A DNA stretch of 34,007 bases. Source: Paraglomus brasilianum (taxonomy: Eukaryota). The DNA is taken from the NCBI GenBank assembly GCA_910592345.1, contig CAJVPI010000347.1, positions 1 to 34,007 on the forward strand, written 5' to 3'. The notes below the pieces were generated by a model. It worked only from the letters and a program-made list of their open reading frames with translations, had not been told where the DNA came from and made no database searches. Position numbers and translations under genes: made by a program. Positions 10,601 through 20,396 of the stretch are shown here, piece by piece; position 1 is the first letter of the stretch, and the number at the start of each line of letters is the position of its first letter.

Positions 10601-13600
10601 ATGGAAAGGCTACCAGGAAACCAGATATACAACATCGGTGAACGACTTTATTATGGTTCAAGCCCTACAAGTACGGACTATGACAGTCAGTTTCTTGGTT
10701 CAGGCGTGCCGCTTGTAGTCGATGTCGGTAAGAAGTCCAGAGTCTGCTCAAAGTAGTTAACAAAGACAGCTTGCAAAAAGTTCTGTAGTGAACGAGATCG
10801 AAAGAAGACATTACATACATTATACTGATATACCACGAATATACCTGAACAATCGAACGTACATTCTATTAATTATCAAAATAGGATCATACCAATGCCA
10901 AGTAGGATGGGCCACTGAAAATTCACCGAGATGTAAGATTAGTTTTCGTCCATCTTGTTCGACTCGTCTGCTTGCGATATATTTTCACGATTGTTCCAAT
11001 ATCGACTATTTGTAGTACACTTTGATACTCTCGTATCGAAATACAGAGACCGTAAACTCAATTCCAACATATTGCTCGTGGGCAACGATATATACGCAGA
11101 TGTAACGGCAAGGTCTAATTCTAAATCTCCATTCGATGGGAACATTATCTCTAACTTTGAAACAATGGTAAGCTGGTGTAAACTATTAACGAGAGAACAT
11201 GCCAAACATAGAGTTAGTAACGAGGCGGTATCTTGTTCTTGTAGGAGTGTATAATGGATTATATATTCGTAAAGCTCGGCATTTCTACCGACCGTGTTGA
11301 ACATCCGATATTGATGACCGAGCCCGTTTGTAATCCTCACCACTCGAGAAAACGTGAGCTTCTATTTTGAGATATGATTACAGTCATGACTCTTTGTTCA
11401 AAATTTTGTATCCATTTATTAATACACTGTTTGTTTATATTATCAAGAAATGTCGGAACTTCTTTTTGAATGTTATCAAGTACCATCGGTTTGCTACGGC
11501 ATTGATGCCTTGTTTAGCTTCCACGCGAATGAGTTGTCCTTTGATAAGGGTGGAATAGTATTGTCGTTAGGGCATAGTACTACCCATATTCTGCCCGTAT
11601 ATAATGGACGCGGAGTATTGGAACATGCTAAAAGGTATTTCTATTCTGTCAACATATGGGATAGGTGAATATGTGATCTGACTATCTAAAAATGATAACC
11701 GTTTTTTTTATATAAATAGGATTTCCTATGGAGGAGTAACCTCGACCGACTTTATGCTTAGACTGATGCAACTGAAATACCCAACCTTTCCAACAAAAAT
11801 GACACATGCACAAGCTCAGGTATTTCCCGCTGCTTTACTGTCAACTTGAGGAGAACGAGTGACGAAACCTTGTTATTGAATTTATTTTCAATATTTAGCA
11901 TTTAGTACAGAATTACACGTATGTGGCTGAAGACTATTTCGAAGAATTAAAGGAATTCATAAATCAAGAATCATTTTCAGAGAGGGATTGTGTTATTCAA
12001 TTTCCATATGTAGCACCGGTACAGTCTTTTGATACGACAATGTTATTCTCTTGTTTATATCATACTGAATGTTCATGGTGACTGATATGTTTTATTAAAG
12101 GCGACCGAGAAAACGGAAGAAGAAGTTGCACGCGCTGAAGAGAGGAGACAGGAACAATCACGAAGACTGAAAGAGCAGGCGGAGAAACTGAGAATGAAGA
12201 AGGTATTTGTATAGTGTTGGTTACATAGAGTCGACTCGAGTTTTTAGATTAGCTTTTACAGAATTGATGCGACAAATCCGTAGTTGAAAGAGAAGGAAGA
12301 AGAATTGGAATATTACGCGCAATTGAGAGAGAGCAAGTCAATGTTACGTAAATCAGAATTTCTTGTAAGTCATGGTTATTATTGAAGATTATATTTCACA
12401 CACATGCTCGGCTATAGCAATTCAAACGCTTGCCCTTTTGTTTACAGGCTCGATTAAGAGAAGACAGAATAAATGACGAGAACGAATTAGACGATATCAT
12501 TAAGAAAATTGAAAAAGCTATACAGAGAGCACGCAACAGATTACTCGGAATCGATGAAGTCGAAATCAAGGTTTATATCTCGGTTGCAAATTACAATTAT
12601 AAGAAGTTTACATATTTACTCGACTCACTTTCACAGGAAGAACCGACATTTCCGTTAGTAGATATACCAGACAGCCAATTAAACGAAGCCGAAAGGAAGG
12701 AGAAAAGAAAGCAATTGGCTGCAAAAAGTTTACATGAATCGCGACAGCGACAGCGGGAAGCCAAAGAACTGGCTAGAAAACAACAGGTGGCGTATTTGTG
12801 AATTTGAACTATCGCGAATGAAAAGTCAAATATGACGTCAAAATTCACCCGAATTTTTACAGGAAGAAGAAGAACGACTGGAACGAGAAAGACGTGACAA
12901 GGATTTGACGGGATGGTTGAACAACGTGAAGACTAATTACACGGTGATTTACATCTTCTTGCTTATTTCGCATTTTTTTAAAACCCATCTCGTTATTCGG
13001 TTCTTGGCTTATGTGATATTTTTTCTTTGAAGAACCAATTGGAAAAAGTCAAAGTATTGAGACGCCGAAAGGAACAGTTGGCAGACAGAAGGAGCCATGC
13101 ATCACAATTACGAATGCAATCAATTGCTAGTTTGGCAGGCGACACTTTACCACAGAAACGACGCCGGCGAGGACAAGACGGTTGGTTAACTATTTGAATG
13201 TTGGGGAGTAGTCATCGTTTAATCATCAACATTTATTCTGTGATATCAATTTAGAGGACACGTTTGGAATGGACGATAACGATTGGGAAATCTATAAGGA
13301 GATCGTATGTCATCGTCTCACATATCTTGGGGCAGCTCTTCATTTGTATTTCTTTTCAAAAGTCATTTTTCATATATCATTGCTTCCCTAATTTCTTGTG
13401 TTCTTCAGTCTCGCGAAGAAGATTCTTGGGAGGAGGAAGAAGAACTCACCACGCTTCGCGAGCTTGAATCCAAGCTCTTGCAATACGACTCTACTTTCCT
13501 TCTCGAGCATACCTTTGACGCCCAGAATTCCGTACAAAACTCCCTCGTATTTATGTTCACACATGGCATCTGGCCTTCATACGATCCAGATGACGTATCG

Positions 13601-14135
13601 CAGCTACATCAGTTGCACGTGAACATTGAGAGAATCAGAGTACCCGAGGCGATGTTTCAACCCAGTATTATTGGATTGGACCAAGCCGGACTGGTGGAGA
13701 CTGTGTCAAACGTTGTTAGTAGGTTTAAGGAAGAAGAAATGAAGACAATGGTTCAGGTATGGATTTCATATTCGGTGTTATTTAATATTGCCAATTCTGT
13801 TCGATTTCTCTCGAGTTAACAGTACAAACTCACCAAACATGATTTACACAACCAATTTTCTCTCACTCTCGCAGTCGATTTTCCTAACAGGTGGCCACAC
13901 ACAGATTCCGGGATTATCAAAACGCTTAGAGGTATCTCTTAGATCCGTTCTTCCAGCAGGTGCAGCACTTCGGATTATTCCTGCTAAGGATCCGGTCGTA
14001 GACGCATGGCAAGGAGCAGCTCTCTGGGCAAAAACGCCCGAGTTTAAGCAGCACGTAGTTACTATTCAGGATTATCAGGAGTATGGTGGCGAATATTTGA
14101 AAGAGCACCGATTCGGAAATGTCTACAGGAGATGA
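10601..14135 (+). CDS. ARP5: Actin-related protein 5 (INO80 chromatin-remodelling complex subunit)
   Basis: Multi-exon gene from ATG 10601. PLVVDVGSYQCQVGWA, SKYRDRK, HPILMTEP, MSELLFECYQVPSVCYGIDALFS, the long charged Arp5 insertion, LHVNIERIRVPEAMFQPSIIGLDQAGL, and C-terminal YQEYGGEYLKEH; stop at 14133-14135. Confidence 0.92.
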
Positions 14136-14497
14136 TGTGGTTGAAAGGCTTACTTGTTTAGAATACACTTTCATTACTTGTTTACACTTGTAGCGTGTTT
14201 AAAGAGAACGTATTCCTTTAGAATTTCGAATGAATTGACTGACAAATAATATCAACGTTCAATTCCAAGTTCTGTGATTTGTTTGTTTCATTTGGATATA
14301 TTCCAAAACAAAAAAACCCCCATCATATTCTGCAAATGTACAAAATCGAAAGAGAAGATAAAAAGACAATAAAATATACTAAGTGTTGTTTGAGGTTATG
14401 AGACTTTAAGCAAAAGATCATCAAGGTACTAGAAGCTCTCATAATCTCACTGGCAATAAATGGAATTTTATTAGTAACCTTAATTTAATCTTTGCTT

Positions 14498-14704
14498 GTA
14501 GGCCCCTTAGTAGTCATTGGTGAAAACATACAAGCCCTTGCTAGTTAGGAGCTGCAGACTACACCTAACACTACAACACATATGAATAATGTCATTAAAA
14601 GATGGAAAGAGGGAAATTTACTAAAGGTTCTTGCATGACCCGATCTTAATTCAATTGAACGTTTGTGGGTTCAGCTTAAGTCTAGAATTCATTTACGGTC
14701 GTAA
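14498..14704 (+). mobile_element. Decayed Tc1/mariner (IS630/DDE_3-type) transposase fragment
   Basis: VGPLVVIGENI at 14498, then ...H-MNNVIKRWKEGNLLKVLA*PDLNSIERLWVQLKSRI, matching the Tc1 WP..SPDLNPIENLW..LK motif. TGA 14636-14638 sits where Trp is expected, and there are internal deletions. Confidence 0.75.
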
Positions 14705-15041
14705 ACGTTCAAGTCTAATTTGCTCCTGAGTGGTCTCGGACTCGATTTTTTTATAATAAATAGCATGCAAGATTAACAACTGTTCACTTACAGGAAGACG
14801 AGAATTATTCATAATATTCTTTATTTCTATTATATATACATATGTTTGAGATACACGATAATAATAATAACATCATTCATTGCATGCTATGACTACTCTA
14901 ACGTTCCTATTTAGTGATAAATCCGTAAACCGATTAGTATAGTTCGTGGCAAAGATAATATAATAATAATGCTTACTATCACTTACCGCGTTAATCCATA
15001 GAACAAGTATCTTCTGTACTAATAACGTAAATCGATTAGTT

Positions 15042-15107
15042 CATGGCAACGGAAACTGCCGCATGGCAACGAAAACTGCCGCATGGCAACGAAAACTGCC
15101 GCATGGC
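15042..15107. repeat. Tandem 20-bp repeat GCATGGCAACGAAAACTGCC, about 3.3 copies
   Basis: Directly visible with 1 internal mismatch; nested in a local duplication spanning 14924-15223. Confidence 0.9.
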
Positions 15108-15703
15108 GTAAATAGTATTCCCGTACGCAGGTATGAAGTATCCGCTATCGCTCGTGGAATACTCGCCGCTATAAAGATATATAATACTTACTACCACTTA
15201 CCGCGTTAATCCATAAAGCAAGTGGTAACCTTTTGTTCGCATTTGACCCGTTGTTACTGTCACCTACAAGAGTGATAAAAAGGCGTCTAGTCAACTTCAA
15301 AAGATTAACACAATGTTCACCAACTTGTGTTTATAGGCTGCTCTTAGAACGAACACAAGCACAAGAAAGGTCTTCTTATAAACTTCCGCGCCGCGTGTAG
15401 TCGTAATTTTCAAAGCTATCTTGAAAAAAAAAAACTGTCATACACGCGTCAATTTATAAGTCGTGTTTGCGATAGGACGCTGCATGTTACGCAAATATTA
15501 TTTGCGGGCAATTATTTAACTGTATACTCTAATTATTCAACTTTGAGTCTATGCGTAAACTCATTAAACAAACAGAATTACTGTTTGCATCAACTCGGGG
15601 GAAGAAACTACCAATGGCTGTCGACTTTTATTTGACCTTTTGAAGGCCTTTACCTATTTATCGAATTATTTACTAGAGCAATGGTAACCTTTGACTGACA
15701 ACA

Positions 15704-16163
15704 TTATTGTAGTATGGCATTTGAAGTCACGCACTGGGGCTGACTGTTGAACTCAAAATCACAGCTTGCGAAAGTTGCTAGTTGGGTAACCAGCCCTGGC
15801 GGACGGCGGACGGCCTCCTGTGAACGTTCTTCCGCAAGGTCTGTGCGCTTTGTGGCAGTAGGATCCTTGGTTGTTGTTTTGGGGTCAACAATCGTGGTAA
15901 TGGCACGGTATTCAGATCCGATTAGATAATATAAATAGGCAAAATACGTATATTACGAGAATCATGGCTATATTATTGATATAATACAGTCGCTCAAGAT
16001 GGAATGATTGCAGATGAATTTTGGAATATGATTGGCTTTTACATATACGGTTTAACACAATTATAAAGTAAATGAATCCGAAGTTGGAGTATAGTAAACC
16101 GGAAAATCGCCTCAGCAATCGATTAAAACAGATATTAATTTGATAAATACGTGCAGTGCACAT
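15704..16163 (-). CDS. Candidate 61-aa spliced micropeptide of unknown function
   Basis: Exons 16163-16151, 15967-15957 and 15865-15704 join in frame via GT-AG introns: MCTAPMILDPTATKRTDLAEERSQEAVRRPPGLVTQLATFASCDFEFNSQPQCVTSNAILQ*. Exon 3 is GC-rich relative to its flanks, with promoter-like motifs upstream. No homolog recognised. Confidence 0.4.
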
Positions 16164-16199
16164 TTCAGCTATCCGATCTGGATGCTTATTTTGCTTCTA

Positions 16200-16275
16200 G
16201 CGCTCAAAATGGCCGAACGCAAAAAGGACCGACTCCCGACAACTAGTTCACGTGACAAAATTGTTATTGGTTGCA
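16200..16275 (-). promoter_or_regulatory. Promoter-like motif cluster (CCAAT, E-box, pyrimidine initiator, YY1-like)
   Basis: On the minus strand: CCAAT (~16266-16270), GTCACGTGA (16248-16256), CCTTTTTGC (~16219-16227) and GGCCATTTTG (16205-16214), ordered toward the ATG at 16163. Confidence 0.4.
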
Positions 16276-16550
16276 ACGAAAGAATTCTTTGAAGCTTTAT
16301 TGTTAGGTCTAGTTGTGCAAAGAATTACTCTTTTTTTTTTTCTCCTTCAGTATTTGAGTTTGATCTTGTTTGCCTCATTTACGAAAGCTGTTAACAGTTA
16401 GGAGAATTTCATTCGTGAAGAGCGGGTAAATTCAATGGCATAATACAATTCTTAGTTAACAATTATGGATATTGATTTTACTGAAATTATAATGAAGGGC
16501 CTTTTTTTTAGCTGCTTTGATATTGATACATAGATGTAAATATCTTATTA

Positions 16551-16636
16551 AGGAAACCCTCTATAAGTGCAAAACCCTCATAAATGCAACATAGCACTCG
16601 GTCCCAAGGTGTTGCATTTATAGAGGTTTCACTGTA
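16551..16636. mobile_element. Degenerate pogo/Tigger-type MITE
   Basis: Right end TTTATAGAGGTTTCACTG|TA (16634; TA at 16635-16636) and decayed left end GGAAACCCTCTATAAG. Internal inverted repeat ATAAATGCAACA/TGTTGCATTTAT around a CGGTCCC motif. Confidence 0.65.
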
Positions 16637-16949
16637 TACCGCTTAACGAACACCGAGTATTTGCACCATGTATGAAACTCTTGGGAATTTATTGTATAGT
16701 AAATACAAAAGCGTAAACTATAGAGAATAGAAAACTGGTATTTTAATAAATAAATATATTAATATAGATAGATAAATAGATAAATAACTAAATCTCTGAA
16801 CAAAACTAAGACGTCCAAAGACTATTAAGTTATCCGTAACCGTGCAATCGTTGATAGCAGGGCATTTGTCTCGCCCTATTTCGAAAGCATGTCGTGTTGA
16901 AATTACAGTCTCTTACGATTTAAAGATAATTGGTCTCGAGAAGAATTAA

Positions 16950-18345
16950 TCATTCAGACACGTTGAGGTAATTCTGCAAAAATCTCATGACTATAAAAGT
17001 TAGAGAATATACTGATGAATATTGATTTCGAATTGATGTTTCATAAAAATTGTATTAAGCAATTACTAATACAAACCTTCAGGTAATCCTTCGATGTCAT
17101 ATCCAAAGTCTCTTGCCCACATCGTAATTTCTTCTATTCCGCAGCCATATTCTTTTGCCGTGTAAGACAGCGCCACTATTGCTGCTGAGAGTCCAGCAGG
17201 TGAATGGATTAACAAAGGTTTAGAAAGGGACTTGAGATGAGGTTCAAGCTTCTTCATTGTAAGATGAGTGATTGCAGTAGGTGACTAAGAAAATCGTAAA
17301 CAAGATTAATGATTATCATCAAGGTCATAGTATTATGTCAGAGAAAGAACTTACCTCAACAGGAAAATTTGCATATAGTATCCCTTCTGCACTCAACAGT
17401 TTCTTCTCATCTCTAACATAACCTAGTATCAAAGGCATTATCAGTATTTTGTCGAATTCGTTAGACCATCAGCCATATATTTCATTCTATTTTCTAGCTA
17501 AATATTCACCTTTGCCTTCTTCGGAACACAAATCCAATACACTCTTTATTCCCGTGTTAGCTAGCTTTTGCAAGTCTTGTGCTTCGATTTGTTCAGAAAA
17601 TGCAAGTTCCTCTGTTAACTTATTATAAACCTCCTTTCTCTTTTGTGAAAATAATGATACTAGTGATTGTACTGAAGGTAGTAGAGCTGGCTGTGTAGAG
17701 GTTGAATTGGACTCGTTGGTTGGTAGAGACGCAGCGTTGATAGTGGAAAGAAGGACTGAGTTACGATAAAATGCAAAGGTGGGCGTGGCAGATGGAGTGA
17801 AGGAGAGATTTGTTGGCTGTTGATATCATTACATGCGCACAGATTATTTCGTCAGAATGAGAAATTGCTTAGCCATGACAGTGAGAATTCGTTTACTTAC
17901 AACCAATTTATCAAGATCAATGCTAATAAAATTTACATCAGGATGTTGCTTTGATAGCTCATCAATGCGAGGTGCTATCAAAGTTGATTATTTAGTAATG
18001 TCAGAGAAAATGAATACGATATTATTTACAAGCTGTAAGAAAATGTTTACCTATAGCTTTGCAATATGAGCAATGTCTGTACAACGTAAGTTAGTAACAA
18101 ACGAATGACTAAAGAGCACTTTTTGGGCGATCGTCGTATAAAGAGTTATCAGGAGCGACTTACGTGGCAAGACACTCGAGCACAGTCTGTCATTGATAGA
18201 AGCATATGTATTAACATGTCCGCTGTCGATTTCGATAATTGGGGATAAACTTCATCCATGACAAAGCCAAAGAAAAACTCACCAATTTATCGCTGCTAAT
18301 ACAAGTTTTAATATCTGCCTCATTGTCTATCGTTTTAACGGGCAT
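16950..18345 (-). CDS. Thioredoxin (HCSYC)-DUF442/Blh-like (PTP/rhodanese-like fold) fusion protein, 269 aa
   Basis: 8 exons 18345-18283, 18186-18164, 18076-18051, 17974-17901, 17816-17510, 17422-17355, 17284-17077 and 16990-16950 total 810 nt; all introns GT-AG and phases consistent. N-terminus MPVKTIDNEADIKTCISSDKLTVLECLATHCSYCKAIAPRIDELSKQHPDVNFISIDLD...ATPTFAFYRN is Trx-like. C-terminus LAFSEQIEAQDLQKLANTGIKSVLDL...EGILYANFPV...KPLLIHSPAGLSA is DUF442-like. Confidence 0.85.
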
Positions 18346-18624
18346 TTCTCTTCGAATATACGTCTTCGATTGACTCGATTGGAATGAAGGCGATTTTATC
18401 AGAGATCAGTGATTAGCAATCGTACAAGGGTACAGATTCGCCCCTTTCCAAAAACGCATCATAAAGTTCTTTGACTATGGTGATATTAAAATTAAATATT
18501 TATGGACACATTGCTGCGAGTTAACTCGTGACGTACGTAGCACTATTTTTTGATCAAAGTAATTGTAACTCGCAGCAAGACCTCATTCCATTCCTTGCGC
18601 TAATTATATAGCCACACGAGCCAT

Positions 18625-20218
18625 ATGGATCTTTCGAACGTTGTCAAGAACTTTGAGTTGCCAAAGGCTGTCAAAAACTTTGAATTACCACAAGCAGTCA
18701 AAAACATAGAATTACCACAAGCAGTGAAGAACATCGAGTTACCGCAAGCAGTAAAGAACTTTGAATTGCCACAAGCAGTAAAGAATATCGAACTACCACA
18801 AGCAGTAAAGAATATCGGGCTTTCTGAGACTGTGAAGAAGATTGATATTCAAGGTGCTATAAAGAATGCAGAAGATGCAGTCAAGAATATCGATATACAA
18901 GGTGCATTAAAGAATGTCGACGAAGCAATGAGAAGCATTGATATCCAAGGCGCAGTGAAGAATGTTTCAGAACAGATGCCCCAGAATCAACACACGAGGC
19001 GATTATCTTGTAAAAAGCTAAACATTTATTGTATTATTTTAATTGTTGGCTATTTTTAGAAATATTCCTAATCGTCTTTTTAATTATAGTGTTTGCTTCT
19101 TCGGCCTTGACGAGTGTTACCTCGATTACGGGTGTGATCCGACAACGAGTCGAGGAAACCACAAAGAATCTTCAAAATGAACATCAGCAATTTGTTCGTT
19201 CAATGAAAGAAGAAACGCAAGTGTCGAGGTCTGGAACACGTGAGTTTATATTTTGAATTACTTTGTGATTTACATTAAATTTAATAAACATGCTTACAAT
19301 TTGATACTTTTTTTTTATGGAAATAATATAGAGGCAGTCGCTCCTTGGGAAGGATTGCCAGAAGAGGAGGAAATGAAGAAACAGATCTTGGCTCTATCAA
19401 AGGTATTCGGAAATGTCGTTTCCGTGTGTGTTCATTCTTGGTTTAACAAAATTTTATTATTCATTAATCTATAAGGATGTTCGTAACCTTACAATGCCAC
19501 CGCCTGAAAATACTAGTTTTCAATTCGACATGGCTGTACATTCTCCTACAGCCATGGCTGTACTGGAACATGATCCCGAACTGAGTCGCCTGCGTTTTCA
19601 ACTTGTTCCTGCAAAGTAAGGCAATCTTTTTTGTACTCAATAAGCACGACTCGTATTATAATTGTTAACCGTTGTCCTCTAATATGTTTGCAGGATCGAG
19701 GAGGAAATGTTTTGGCGTAATTACTTTTATCGCGTATCGCTAATAAAGCAGACTTTATTAGGATCTATTGATGCCATTGTGCTAGAGAAGGAAGTTTATC
19801 ACAAAGATGATAACGAGAGTGAGGAAGAATCTCCAGATGCCATGTCAAAGGAGAAGGCGACGGGAAAGGTATTATCGATCTTTTTATTTGTTGGTTTAGT
19901 TATATGTTTAAGTATGTTGATTGATACATGTGCTTGGTCAACGCAGGAGGAAGGAGCCGAGGTGTTATTTGACGCAAAGAAGTCTGGCGATGCTTCAGGT
20001 GGTTTGTTCAAACTAGTAATTCGGTGACGGGCGAACTTATTTATGCTATGAAAGCTAACATTACCTTAATTTCTCCAGACGATTGGATTGATGATGAACT
20101 AGCAAAAACAACCGCCTTCGATGATACGACGCTAGCAAAAGGAACTGATTTAGTTGACGATGATGAAGTCCCAGAGGATTGGGAGGATCAAATGAAAGCG
20201 ATGTCGATGCTTCCGTAG
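18625..20218 (+). CDS. BSD-domain protein, SYAP1/Sap47-like, with an N-terminal repeat array
   Basis: APWEGLPEEEEMKKQILALSKDVRNLTMPPP..FQFDM followed by the BSD core [34 protein letters not shown]; acidic C-terminus ...EDWEDQMKAMSMLP*. Multi-exon, GT-AG. Confidence 0.85.
18643..18975 (+). repeat. Coding tandem repeat: six 27-nt units VKN[FI]ELP[QK]A, then degenerate 9- and 7-aa units
   Basis: Six units at 18643-18804 with mostly third-position variation, then VKNIGLSET, VKKIDIQGA, IKNAEDA, VKNIDIQGA, LKNVDEA, MRSIDIQGA, VKNVSEQ. Confidence 0.92.
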
Positions 20219-20396
20219 CAATATATTATATATTATATATATATTTAGTTGGCTTAGCTGTAAGAAAGATAGCATCAGTGTTTGAAAATGTCAATGCTAA
20301 AATATGCTTAGCAGGTTATACATTGTGTATTGATTATAAAATTTTATTTAGTAAATTCCTAATTTGTACAGTATTTGTGACGAAAAGTGATTAAAA

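Noticed and set aside
14636..14638. In-frame TGA as selenocysteine or readthrough
   Set aside because: It sits at an expected Trp of a deleted, decayed transposase; simple nonsense mutation explains it.
15042..15107. CRISPR-like array
   Set aside because: Units are contiguous 20-mers with no unique spacers, there are no cas genes, and the context is eukaryotic.
15700..15920. SRP RNA, RNase P/MRP, U4 snRNA or HDV-like ribozyme
   Set aside because: Only isolated short resemblances (AAGGTCTG...TTCAGA, CTGGGGCT, TTGCTAGTTG, CCTCCTG); spacing and required partner motifs are missing.
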